Shown: positions 1-11,813, counted from the first letter of the stretch. The stretch is 64,000 bases of DNA from Glaucostegus cemiculus (GCA_976551045.1 CDPCPM010000073.1:31620001-31684000); one strand, 5' to 3'. Translations and numbers: made by a program. The notes: a model not told the origin generated them from the sequence alone.

Positions 1-309
1 TTTTATTATCACTGCCCTCTGGCCCTATCATAGGTTGGAACCTTCATTATTGGGATTGAAAACACCCTTAATGTCTATTAACATATTTTCTACATCCATT
101 GTTAATCTCAGAGAAACCACAGTCAACAATTGTCACATTGGGAAGTTGTGTTCTTCTACTTCACCATCTCCTTCCTGAACGAGAGACCTGAATGCTTGCT
201 CAGTTGTTCAATAGCAACTGCAGGGGAAGCCTGAGTCAGAGGTATATTGTTTGTGTGGCTCTGTGGTAGGACTCTGTTTCCTACACATATCCAGTAAGTC
301 CTCTGGTAA

Positions 310-556
310 GGCGGCACGATAGTGTAGCGGTTAGCGCAATGCTGTTACAGCGCCAGGATCGGGGTTCGATTCCCGTTGCTGACTGTAAGGAGTTTGTACG
401 TTCTCCCGTGTCTGCGTGGGTTTGCTCCGGGTGCTCCGGTTTCCTCCCACATTCTAAAAGACGTATGGGTAGGTTAATTTGGGGGTTTAAAATGGGCGGT
501 GCGGACTCGTTGGGCCGAAAGGGCCTGTTACCACGCTGTAAATAAAATTTGAATTT
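310..556 (+). mobile_element. tRNA-derived V-SINE (HE1-like), subfamily A with CR1-like 3' tail
   Basis: A-box-like tagtgtagcggttag, B-box ggttcgattccc, V-domain-like gggtttgctccgggtgctccggtttcctcccaca, tail gggccgaaagggcctgtt...ctgtaaataaa; close copy at 53761-53990. Confidence 0.85.
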
Positions 557-732
557 AAAGTCAAATTAGTTCATTCCATTAATGGATTCTCATAGCAGCA
601 AAGCTCAAGCTGTTTCAATTGCTAGCTTGAAATCCAATTGCGTTACAACTTCCATCAAATGTTACATTTTTTAGGGTTGTCCGTGTTGATTTTTATTTGT
701 AATGGTGAAATAAGTCACCATTTATTTCCCAG

Positions 733-821
733 CTTTTTATCTGATATTACTGTTCTACTTGGTGAATTTGTTCCAAGTTCAATTTGTACCAGACCAACAA
801 TACCAAATTAATAGTATCATG
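733..821 (+). CDS. Possible penultimate exon of SMIM22 (tentative)
   Basis: Acceptor tttatttcccag, open frame (x)FYLILLFYLVNLFQVQFVPDQQYQINSIM, donor ATG|gtaagg in phase 0, compatible with the exon at 996; hydrophobic start but no Cys cluster. Confidence 0.25.
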
Positions 822-995
822 GTAAGGTACCACCGTCAGCTTTATTTCTATTTTACCAGCTGAAAGTAACCAGCTGGGTTTTGCAACTCCATTCACCATT
901 TAACATCTATATGGTTGTTCTTTTTGGACTTTTAAATCTATAGACTAGGATAAAGATTTTTAAATATTTTAAGTTGATTCTGTTATCTTTTCCAG

Positions 996-1043
996 CCTTC
1001 AAAGCGCAAAGTGGGTGTTGACAACCTGGCCCTAGAGCCTTAG
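996..1043 (+). CDS. SMIM22: Small integral membrane protein 22, last coding exon (PSKRKVGVDNLALEP*)
   Basis: Acceptor tgttatcttttccag; C-terminus GVDNLALEP* matches the human SMIM22 ending as recalled; tail-to-tail with ROGDI as in human. Confidence 0.8.
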   Translation, partial: PSKRKVGVDNLALEP

Positions 1044-1827
1044 AACTTGAATTCGATTTTTGGCCAGCAACTGGATCATTTAACAACCTTCACTGCATCA
1101 CAGAATCCTGTGCAATACTTAGTTATTTTGACTAGCGTCTTTTCTGAATTGTATCCAACAATGAAATCTTGCTTCAATTTGTTGATTAATGTTACTTTGG
1201 ATCCACACACTATGAACCATCAGGCGGGTGACCTAGCTGCAGAATTTTCAATATCCCCTTAATAACCACTTGGGTAATGCAAGGAGATCCTGAAAATGGT
1301 TTGTTTGTTTATTTATCTTTTGTTAAAGGGAAGCAGGTAGCCACCATTTTAACATGCAATTGAGTTTGGGTGTTTTGAATTAAGTTGTGTACAATATGTC
1401 AGGACCCAAACTGCATTTGGTATACCAGTTACTTTCAAAATGTTAGTTGTAATCACTTCTAAATTATTTTTGCTGAAATACTAATTTAAATGAATTAACT
1501 TCACTGCATGACTGTAGTAAAATCTATTGAATGGCTCCTTTCAGAATGCATTTTAATTAAACTAAAATGGTAACTTTCCTGTTGTGCAACATTCAATATC
1601 AGCAGTTAATTTTGTCTGGATAATTTGATGCACTTTTGCCAAAACAACCAATATTTTAAAGATGTTCTATTTATTACAGTTAATTTCAAACATTTTTAGA
1701 AAAATGATTTTAATGGCTTAAAGATCCAGTTAGTTTCTTTGTGATGAAATTACTTTTAAAATGCAACTTTGTAAATCTCATGTAATTACTATTATACTGT
1801 GGCTGATTGACATCTATGCTTTTGAAT

Positions 1828-1833
1828 AATAAA
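1828..1833 (+). terminator. Candidate poly(A) signal of SMIM22
   Basis: AATAAA about 790 nt after the stop, ending an AT-rich UTR-like stretch. Confidence 0.45.
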
Positions 1834-2509
1834 TGACATTTCAGCACCAATCTGCGTTGGTCACAATACAGAATGACATGACATTGCTTACATGTTTCTG
1901 CTTCTTCTCTGCAGCTACAAGTCTTTTATCTGTCTGCAAGGGGAAAAGCAATTTGCCTTGATGCCATTTTCAATTCATTGAAATGTTTATGAACATTCAT
2001 GTGGCTAGAAGGAAATTGTAACTTTTAGATGAGGGAGTGTAATTTAACTTAATTATCATCATAGCAAGAATGAAAAGGGCCGAATAGCTTCATTTGTTCT
2101 GATCGTATTTTCCCGTGTTCCAGAAATCCATCTAAATGTCTTGTTTTTATCTAACTGATCTCAGATAAAGCCAATGCCTTTGCTTTCCACCATTCTATCC
2201 AGGGGATCAGTCCAAGTGTTAGTATTTCTTTAAAGTTCTTTTTCCCCTAGTATTAAATGATCAAGCATTAAAAACTGAGTACTTACAATGTGGTTTTATG
2301 TCAAGACTTAATACTGCATTTTTTAAAAAAATCAAGGGCTAAGATCTCGTCAGGATATTTATGACAGAGGGATGTTTAGGAAAACACTGTCAAAATTGAA
2401 TCAAACAAGTTTCATGTGAAACTACTCAGAAACTTTTGTTAGAATTCTGGAAAACTTTTGATACTGTCGTCTGTTTTGAAGACCACTAGATGGCAACAGA
2501 GATCCAGGA

Positions 2510-2900
2510 ACACAAACACAGATTCTGCAAATGTTGGAATCTGGAGTAACATACAAAATGCTGGAGGAACTCAGCAGGTCAGGCAGCATCTATGGAGGGA
2601 AATAAAGAGCCAACGTTTCAGGTCAAGACCTTTCATTAGGACTGGAAAGGAAGAGGGCAGAAGCTAGAATAAAAAGTGAGGGGGAGGAGCACAAGCTAGG
2701 TGGTAGGTGAGTCCTGGTGAGAGGGGAATGATGTGGGAAGCAATGGGTGGAAGAGGCAAAGGGCTGAAGAAGGAATGTGATAGGAGAGGGCAGTAGACCA
2801 TGGAATAAAGGGAAGGAGATGAGGAATGAGAGGGAGGGGAGGGGAGTGAGGCAGCCACAGGAATAAGGGAAAGTGGGGGCGGGGGAGCAGAGGAGGAAGA
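2510..2900 (-). mobile_element. Penelope-LTR-derived repeat with degenerate hammerhead core
   Basis: Family motif aaatgctggaggaactcagcaggtcaggcagcatc; minus strand 2607-2644 reads cagtc CTAATGA A AGGTC TT GACCT GAAAC GTT ggctc; GA-rich flank. Confidence 0.7.
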
Positions 2901-3029
2901 TCCAGAAATGTCCTTTTGTTAGTAAAATATGCAATTTTTTTTTAATTGTATGTTTTTGATTTCAAGGTGGGTGGAGAATTGTTCTGTACAATGCACAACG
3001 ACATGAACTATACAGGAGTCGTGTATGTC

Positions 3030-3680
3030 ACCAGGGACACAAGCAAATGGAACCAGACCATTTGGTCCTTCAAACCTGCCCTGACATTCAATATGTTTAT
3101 GGCTGATTTGCCCCAGGTCATATCTCCTCATCTGTACCAGTTACCCATAGCTCACAATTCTGATTTTTGTTTTGTGTATGTGTTAACTATCTAATTCCTC
3201 TATGTCCACTATGCTCTGAGGGAAAGAATTTCAGTTTTAAATGACTGCCCCCTAATCTTGTAAACTTGTAACTATGGCCCTCGTTTGGGGATTCCCCATA
3301 AGTGGAACCAACTTAATAACTAACTGGTTGTGCCCAGTAAGATCTTGTTTCAATAAAATCACCCCTTTTCTAAACTCCAAACTATAGCTAATTTCTTTAG
3401 CTGCTCATAGTAAGACAACCCTCTTATATCCAAGATTTAGCCTGGTGAATTTCTTTTGGTTCGCCTCCAATGCCAGTACATCTTCCCCTAAATAAGGGGA
3501 ACAAAACTGTGCACAGTCCTCAAGGTGTAGCCTCAATCATACCCTGTACAATTGTAACAATACTTCCCTAATTCCAAACTCCAACCCTCTTGCAATAAAG
3601 GGTAATGTGCCATTTGCCTTCCTCACACTTACCGCAGCTGTATGCTAACATCTTGCAACTTGTGCACACACACTCCCTAG
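3030..3680 (-). mobile_element. CR1 LINE 3' fragment (degenerate)
   Basis: Antisense CR1 3'UTR/ORF2-end motifs (accatttggtccttcaaacctgc; aaaactgtgcacagtcctcaaggtgt); boundaries approximate. Confidence 0.7.
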
Positions 3681-3817
3681 GAGGTGCAAGATATAAATTT
3701 GCCATTTGGAGTGACACATTCAAAAATCATTCCTGCTAATACCCTCATGATCTTGATAAATACTGGGGAAATCTACACCCCTGCTAGTCACAACAGAATG
3801 CAAATCTGGTGAACTAG

Positions 3818-4138
3818 TCATTAGAGTTATACAGTACAGGTACAGGCCCTATGGCCCAAGTTGAGCTAATCCCATTTCCCTGCATTTGGCCCATATCCCT
3901 CTAAACCTCTCCTATTCATGTACCTGTCTAAATGTCTTTAAATGCTGTTATTGTACCTGCATCTACCACTTCCTCTGGTAGCTCATTCCAATACACTCAC
4001 CATCCTCTGTGGAAAAAGTTGCCCCTCTGGTCCCTTTTAAATCTTTCCCCTCTCATCTTAAACCTATGCCCTCTGGTTTTAGACTCCCCTATCCTTGGGA
4101 AAAGATTGTGACCATTCATCTTATCCATGCCCATCATG
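3818..4138 (-). mobile_element. CR1 LINE 3' end
   Basis: tagagttatacagtacaggtacaggccctatggccc...; related copies at 12637 and 24988. Confidence 0.7.
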
Positions 4139-4927
4139 GCTCTGCAAAACTGACTTTTGCTCCCCCCCCCCCCCCCCCCCCCGTGGTAAACAATTGCAAA
4201 TATCTAGCATCAGATGCCTGACTTTACAGTGTTGAAGAGTGCTGCATTTTCATTTATTCAAAATGACTTATTTCCCTTTTCTTTCAAATGCTCTATGGCA
4301 GAGTAACCCTGACTGTTGATTCAAGATCAATTTCCAGTAACCTGCTGAGAAAGCACAAGTATTTTTGAATAAATGTCATCTGATTATAAAGAACAAGCTG
4401 ATGAAGGTTCACTGAAAAGACACACACATAGGGCATCAACAGTGGGAAAACATGGTATCTGCTGAGTTTTCTGATCATTTGTCATTCATGAATGGTAATG
4501 GTGGGGTGTAGTGGCTGCATAATTAGAGCCATGTGTGGCCAACATTTTCAATCTTCTTTGTATATTGGAAACAAAAGGCCATTGTCCCAAAGCAGAAAAA
4601 TCACATAGTTGTAGACTGATGCTGTTTTGAATTAAGGTTTCAAACACTAATCTCCAGGCTATGATCCTGTCAACACATCCCTCACCCACCCACTTCAAAA
4701 TAATTGCATAAGTGGCATATTCTCAATTGCCACTTTAGCTGTTCTTGTAGGATTCAAACAATTCCCATTCATTCGTTCTCCAGTTCATCGACTGGGATCA
4801 AGGTTAAAGGCTGCTAAAATAAATCAAGAGTGCTACTCCATTGAAAATCATATACTAACAGTTAATCTGCAGAATATGTAAAGTAAATGAATAAGGTGAG
4901 ATAACTGTGATTCTTTGAAATCAGTAC

Positions 4928-4933
4928 TTTATT
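4928..4933 (-). terminator. Candidate distal poly(A) signal of ROGDI (alternative at 5664-5669)
   Basis: tttatt on + = AATAAA on -, downstream of the ROGDI stop; the site actually used cannot be determined from DNA. Confidence 0.3.
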
Positions 4934-5367
4934 GCAGATACAATGTGAATGTTTTGATTGGTCTGAATAATTTAACAATCCATTAAATGTATAATTTTCC
5001 CAGTTACAATATTACACATGTAGCAGATATCAAAATGTTCTCTTTAAAAGCTGATCACAGGAACATTAACATAATAACTATGCTTAAGTGACTATATTCA
5101 TATTACAATGATTCTGGAAGACATCAGTTTTTCCCCATAAGCTTATCCATCCAGCTTTATGTAACTTTGAATGGAATGTAACTGGCTAATCCAATACCCT
5201 CTCTCAGCTAGTAACTTCAATATGTATGACAATGATCAGTTTCACAAGCAACAATATTTCAGAATGCCTTATACAGCATTGATGTACTTAAGCTGGATTC
5301 TAGTTATTCTTAAACGAGAAACCTGGCTTTCTTTACCTCAGCAAACCAGGCAAGGAAGTGCAAGACC

Positions 5368-5546
5368 GAGACACAATAGATTCTGCAGATGCTGGAATCT
5401 GGAGCAAAGCACACAAAATGCTGGAGGAACTCAGCAGGTCAGGCAGCATCGATGGAGGGAAATAAACAGTCAATGTTTTGGGTCGAGATCCTTCATTAGG
5501 ACTCACGTCCTCGGACCTGCTGAGTTCCTCCAGCATTTTATGTGTG
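5368..5546. mobile_element. Penelope-LTR-derived fold-back element with degenerate hammerhead core
   Basis: Perfect 26-bp inverted arms 5415-5440 / 5514-5539; minus strand 5467-5504 reads gagtc CTAATGA A GGATC TC GACCC AAAAC ATT gactg. Confidence 0.75.
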
Positions 5547-5796
5547 TTAAAGGAAGTGAAAGATAATGTCTCCCCACTAGTGATAAACAGCAAGCTGCAT
5601 GCAGAACTTCCAGAGACCAAGGCAACAAGCAGCAAAAGGGCAGATATTTGCAATGAACAATAATTTATTGAGATCTGTTATATTTAAAGTGAGAATTTAA
5701 AACATTAGAGCGGGTTATGCTTAGGAACATGCAAATTTAGCAATATAGCTGAATGTAGCAGCAATGTGAGTAGTACAATATTCTGAAATGAAAAGG

Positions 5797-5995
5797 AACT
5801 GCAGTCAGTGGAAATCTGAAATTTAAAAAAAATGCAGGAAACACTCAGCAGGTCAGGAATTATCTCTGGAAAGAGGTAGAGAATCAATATCTGTCAGGTT
5901 CTCTGAGCTGAAATGTTAACTCTATTTTGTTCTATCCCCAGATGCTGCCTGAGCTGCTGAGTGTTTCCAGAATTTTCTGTTTCTTTATTTCAAGG
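5797..5995. mobile_element. Second fold-back element of the same repeat superfamily
   Basis: Inverted arms 5837-5857 / 5948-5968 (20 of 21 complementary). Confidence 0.7.
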
Positions 5996-7927
5996 CTCTA
6001 AAATGATGCGTCTTATTCCCAAAAGAATGTTCAAAACTTTGACAGATATTCAGCAACTCTTCAAGCAATGTGGGCCTGAACATCATGGAACAGGTCACAG
6101 CAACTATGAGAGCAGAAAATAAAATGGTTTGAAGAGGACCACCTTATTTGGTTGAAAAGTTAAGACAATTTGAACAATGCTCAAACCAACAGTGCTGGAA
6201 CTGAAAATGATCACAGTACAATTTGAAAAATATATTCATAACTTTTTTTATAAACCAAGTCCTTTACATACTTATTACATTGAAAAACATTCAATCTACA
6301 CAGGAAAGATCAAACTCTGGAACATATTCCTCAACTGAAAATGTACTACAACATGTCAATTTTGATACCTCTTTTTTTTTACAAAAAAAATGGTGGTGGG
6401 GTCCAGTACCCGCATAATTAGAGCAAGTTTTAAAGGAAAATCAATGCTCCTCTACATGCTAACATCTATTAAAATACAATACCAGGGTCCTAAAAATAGC
6501 AGCATCATGAATGGCAATATTGAAACAGTGCCATTTCCTAGATTCCTCTATGCAAGCAATAGAAAAATCAATTGTCTCACCTTTCCACAAGGACAAATGT
6601 CTAAATACGGTGCAAACAGAAACAGTAACATTGGTAATGATACATGGGTACACACTCAGTTTATCTAAAAAATTATCCAGTTGAAATGCAAAAATGCACC
6701 TCATTTACGACCTGCATTTGGGAGCTTTACCATATTGTTTAAAATCACCTTGTACATACTCCGTTCCAAAGCTTCCTACATGCATGAAACTATGCCTGCT
6801 GAATTAATGGAACAGATAACATTTCCAGCAAATGTTCCTCTCTACAGAAATGCATATTAAATATAGTTCCACTGTCTCTTGTTAATTAGTGTCCTAAATT
6901 AAACTTTTACATTAACTAGGCAGTTTAAAATCCAGTATTCCTGTGGTCAAGCTGTTTATATCCACAAGACTCCATATAAACATATACACAATACAACTGA
7001 CCGTAATACTTGTTTACTACCTGACTGCATAAAAAGCTCCCAATCAAATATTTTTTGCAATGCATGACTATTCCACGAGCTACATCATTTCACCTAGTAT
7101 AGCATACCCGAGAAGTCTATTATCCAGGCAATGAAGGTGATGTTCAGTGCTTTTTTATGTTTGTTCCTTCCAAGTTGCTAAGTCCCTAAACAGAATAAAT
7201 GCACACTCCCCAGATTGCAGAAATCCTAACATAAGAATAATCTAAATTCAGGTGTAACACTTGTCATTAAGATAAACAAAGTTCAGGATCCGATTAATTT
7301 ATGACCAGCACAAACACAAAACTAACAATGCCGTACAAATGTAGAGTAAGCATGATGTGTTTAAAATTAAACTATACTTCTAACTTTCCATTTTATCTTG
7401 ATGAAGACATTAGCGGTCTCAAAAAGATACTGCAATTCAAAAATATTTGTCTGACCCAAAAGAGGTATAAATGTATAGTTTTTGTTCTAATAGCTCCCTG
7501 GTAAGTAATTCAAAATTATTAGTTTCAGTGGTTGAAAATTGAGCTCTATGAAGAGGCAACTTTCCCTTCTTCATTCCTCAGACCAGAACTTGAAATGATC
7601 AAAATCTGTAAAATTCGACACAAATTATTCTACTTAAATGAACCATCCTTCAGCAGTTGAAAATCAGCCCATGCCAGAAAGCCTAATGCTTTAAAGAAAA
7701 CACCAGAATTTCACCAATTGGTGATATTTCCAATCATCATCAGGCCAGAGTCCACAAGGGAGCCAACTCATTAAAAATGTGGGGCAAAGGTGGGTGGGAA
7801 AAGTGCACCAAGTAACTTATTGATCAAAATATTCACAGACACATCATTTACAGTTAACAGACTGGGAGCTGCAACAGTAAGTAGGCACAAAGTGCAAACT
7901 GATCTTCATTTAGTCTGTTGATCAGGA

Positions 7928-7969
7928 TCAGTAGGGCTTGAAGTTCCAGTAATTGGAAAAAACAGAAAT
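7928..7969 (-). CDS. ROGDI: ROGDI exon 11 (ISVFSNYWNFKPY*)
   Basis: cag acceptor; TGA at 7930-7928. Confidence 0.95.
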   Translation of the reverse strand: MSVFSNYWNFKPY

Positions 7970-8465
7970 CTGTGAGGAAAAATTAAATACAATTACTGCA
8001 TCACTCAATAGTAAAATCCCAAATCCATACTCCTAAATATGCCAGTTTGTCACAGAAAAATAAACACAAGTTAGATTTTGGTTTCATGAAAGTTTTATAC
8101 ATTTTACCATAGCCTCTGGCTAAAACTTCAGCTTTGAGTTTTACTTGAGGCTATAATTTTTGACTTAATTTCAAATAAAACTCAATTTCAAATAGAATGA
8201 AATAACAAAGCAGTTAACCCAGATGGACTCCACATTTCGTTAGGCAAGGAAGGCTATAATCTGCAATACTTTGGTGACTACTTCCTGCAATTAACTGAAG
8301 ACAGACGAAGGGTAGAATTAGCCAAAGCAGAGAGTTCGCCTGTTGTCTACTTGCTGCCAGACAGGATCGACAGAGGGAGGAACAGCACAGGAAAGAGGGA
8401 AAAAGTAGGGTTGAGGGAGGAGAAAGACTGCATATATCTGTATGGATCTGACCAAAGAACACTAG

Positions 8466-8747
8466 GGGAGGCGCGGTGGTACTACAGCACCAGGAACCTG
8501 GGTTCCATTCCAGCCGCCATCTGTGAGGAGTTTGTACATTCTCCCTGTGCCTGCGTGGGTTTCCTCTGGGTGCTCTGGTTTCCTCCCACATTCCAAAGAT
8601 GTACGGGTTAGAAAGTTGTGGGCATGCTATGTTGACGCCAGAAGCATGGTGACACTTGTGGGATACCCCCGTAACAGTCCATACAAAAGGATGCATTTCA
8701 CTGTGTGTTTCAATGTACATGTGACTAATAAAGATATCTCTTATCTT
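8466..8747 (+). mobile_element. V-SINE subfamily B
   Basis: Same head and V-domain as 310-556 but tail ...gcatttcactgtgtgtttcaatgtacatgtgactaataaagatatctcttatct; sister copy at 13062-13358. Confidence 0.8.
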
Positions 8748-8916
8748 CCATTTATTAGGAGGAATTTAACAACCTAGGATTTGCATTCAGAGTCAAATAA
8801 CAGTATTCTATTACAGTAACTTCAGTCCTATCACTGATTTACTGTACGCACTAAGTGAAATTGCACAATATAAAACACTTCTGGTTAACTTACAAATGAA
8901 AGAAAACAAATTATAC

Positions 8917-9043
8917 CTTATCCTTCAGTTGCTGACAGAGCTGTAGAGCAATGGTAAAGAAAACAAGCGTATCATTTAGCCAGGGGACCACACATTCCAC
9001 TTTGTGAACATGGCTAACTTCAAATTTCTGGTTATTAATCTCA
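8917..9043 (-). CDS. ROGDI: ROGDI exon 10 ([42 protein letters not shown])
   Basis: 127 nt, cag / gtataa. Confidence 0.96.
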
Positions 9044-10429
9044 CTGCAATGAAAAAAAATCTATTATTTCTTGCTTTCATCACCCTTTTTAGCACATAAA
9101 GTACATGCTTACTGTATGCATTACTGTGATGATTAAAGTTACATATACCCAACAGGCATCTCTATTGAACTTGATGTGCTGACTCTTTTACAATGTTGGA
9201 AGGGCAGCCAATTTCAGTTGAGCTCAGTTGGAAATGAACCATTTGAACTGTTGAGGAATCCAAGGTTTATTGCTTTTGAAAGCACTTTTCTCCCAAATGT
9301 CTTTCATCTCAATGAGCTGCAGGATATCCAACAGCTAACAGTAGTGAAGTCCCACTTGAGAGAAACATCTAGCCTCCAACTTTCTACTTTGACAGCACAT
9401 CCAAGGTATGAATCCTGTCAGGTGGACAAGTTGTAATTGCTGTGCTTATATTTTAAGATTGATGCTCCTTTTACAAAACATATTTATGTTGATGACACAT
9501 GGCTGAATTTGTTCTAAGAGTAATATCAGAATTTCAGAAGGGCAACTTTAGCAAACACAATACTAATATATCATAGCCACATAACAAGATGAAAATTTAG
9601 AGGACTATGGGTAATATAATTTGGCTTTCCAGATCAACAATGGTTTAGTGTTTTCTGAGAAGTGGTTCTGTAACTTTGCAATTAATTTGGAGGCTGCATT
9701 CAGCAATTCTATTAATCCCAATATTGAAAATGCACATTACTAGCCTTTACTAATTTATGCATGTGCTTTCAAACGCCATATCAACAACCAGGAGTCTCAC
9801 ATGTACAATAAGAAAATATAGTTAATTGGGCGTTATTAAGATTGTGCAGTTACATACTATGGCGTTTCAAATTTAGCTGACTGCTGCAATGAGATTGTTG
9901 CGAAGGCATGCTGCCTCCCAAAACAAAGCTGCAAAAGGCTTTTAAGACATGGAGCATCTGTAATTTGTGTTGCCCTTCCATAGGTTCAGAGTTGCTGCTA
10001 TTCCCAAGAGTATTTATGTTCTTTGCCCAGATCTTTCAAGTACCTATTTTCTATGACTGGAAACAAACCTCAAACATCGATTCTTTAATCACTGTCAAAC
10101 AGACCAAAACATGGAAATTATTCAAAATGTAATTAATGAAACCTTTGGAAAGCGGTACCAAATGCAAATAAAATACATGCAAAGTGCATACACAAATCAG
10201 CTATGGCTCCTACTGTTCCTTTCAATGAAATGCAAATACTCCCCATTCAGTATGTGCATAGCATCACCTCCACAAATGTCTTTTGCATTAAAACTCAATT
10301 TAAAATGAAGAGAAAGAAGCTTGCTTGTTAATAAAGAGAAAGAAGCTTTGCCATACCAAACTAGTGCTTCAGGCAGAGTGGACGTGATGCATCCATTTTG
10401 CCTATGAACAAACTCAGAAAAGCACTTAC

Positions 10430-10479
10430 AACATGGATCCTGGGTTGTGAAGCACAGAGCTTCCAGCGGGTTTGAAGTT
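10430..10479 (-). CDS. ROGDI: ROGDI exon 9 (NFKPAGSSVLHNPGSMF)
   Basis: 50 nt, tag / gtaagt. Confidence 0.95.
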
Positions 10480-11813
10480 CTAAAAGGTCAAAACAAAACT
10501 GATGAGAAGATATTGCAAAGAAAAAACTGCACAAATTCTGCATATCATAGGTCTTTTCTACAATTTATTGTACAGGTTGTGAAAGACATCAAAACTGGCT
10601 AGTAAGGACAATTCTTCTGAAGATCAGAGGACAAAAAATGATTTAAATATCCATGGATACTAAATAATAAACAGCTAGTATTAAATGACAGCTCCTTATA
10701 TTTAATCCATGTTCCCTAGTTCTAGATTCTCCCACGACGAAAGATCTGTTCCATATCCACCCTGTTAGAAGCCCTCAGAGTCTGTGGACTGACTGATTGG
10801 GAGAGCTGTCTTACAGACTAGAGAAGAGCAGTTTGACATAGTCATACATAAAGAATCATACCCTGAAACAACATACATAGCCCCTGGGTAGGTCCTGTCC
10901 AACTGACAGGACAGAAACACCAGAAATGGTTGCACAGGAATCTAGTCCAAAGCATCCCTTTGCAATTTCCTGCTCCCATCTGCAGAAAATGCTGCCTTTC
11001 TTAACTTAATGTATCTGCAGTCTTGGATATAGAAGTCTATTCCTTCATCCAAGCCTAATGCTGAAAAGTTGAGACCCCAGTGTAGATTTCTGGGAAACAT
11101 CTTTAGCATTACTCATTCACACAACCCACTATGTTACAAGACTACTTACATTTTGTGCTCTTTAACTTTTATACAAATCTCATTTGTGGAACCATTTTAC
11201 TTCTGGAAGTCTATACAGCCAACATGCACAGACACTCCCTTATCCATCACCGAATAATTTTTTAACAAATTCCAGGACATTGGAATAGATGCTAGCAAGA
11301 TCATTTACCCATATACAAGATTTGAACTATGGTCAATATTTGTTTTTGTTCTAGTAGCCCAACCTCTTACAATCACAAGATTCGATTTGGAGAAGAGAAA
11401 GCACTAGCCCAGTCCGCAGAAAACACACCAAGCAGCTGCCTAAAATCTAGGAGAATATTCCTTAGTTTGGTTTTTCCTTCATTTCCATGAAGACATAATA
11501 TGGACTAAAAACACTCCTTTTCTTAAGGAACAGACTGTAAAACTCCAGACCAAGTATATTCAGAATCATGCTAAATTCAGACATCAAGGGCAGATCCATT
11601 CTATAGACAAAGTCTGTACTTTAAAAAAAAGATTTGATTATTCAAATTGAATTATACGTGCATCAGATAATGTTCAAAAAGAACTAGACACTAAACAACT
11701 GAGCAAACTAACCAGTTTATACCAATTATTTTAAAATGGTTTCCTTCTTAAGCGTCTAATGAGTAGCTTTACTACCGACATAATGCACTCTAAATGCTAC
11801 TTTTTTGTATCAC

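Noticed and set aside
310-385. tRNA-like A and B boxes
   Set aside because: They continue into a V-domain and LINE-like tail and recur four times: SINE heads, not tRNA genes
4398-4417. CTGATGA-aggttcact-GAAA hammerhead-like core
   Set aside because: Stem II is only about 2 bp and no convincing stem I or III can be drawn
4293-4478. Minus-strand ORF with a good-looking acceptor near 4412
   Set aside because: No recognisable peptide and no partner exons; lies beyond the ROGDI stop
10308-10348. 15-bp direct repeat aagagaaagaagctt (also aatgcccctgccaga twice at 43029-43061)
   Set aside because: Only two copies each; ordinary micro-duplications, not CRISPR-like arrays
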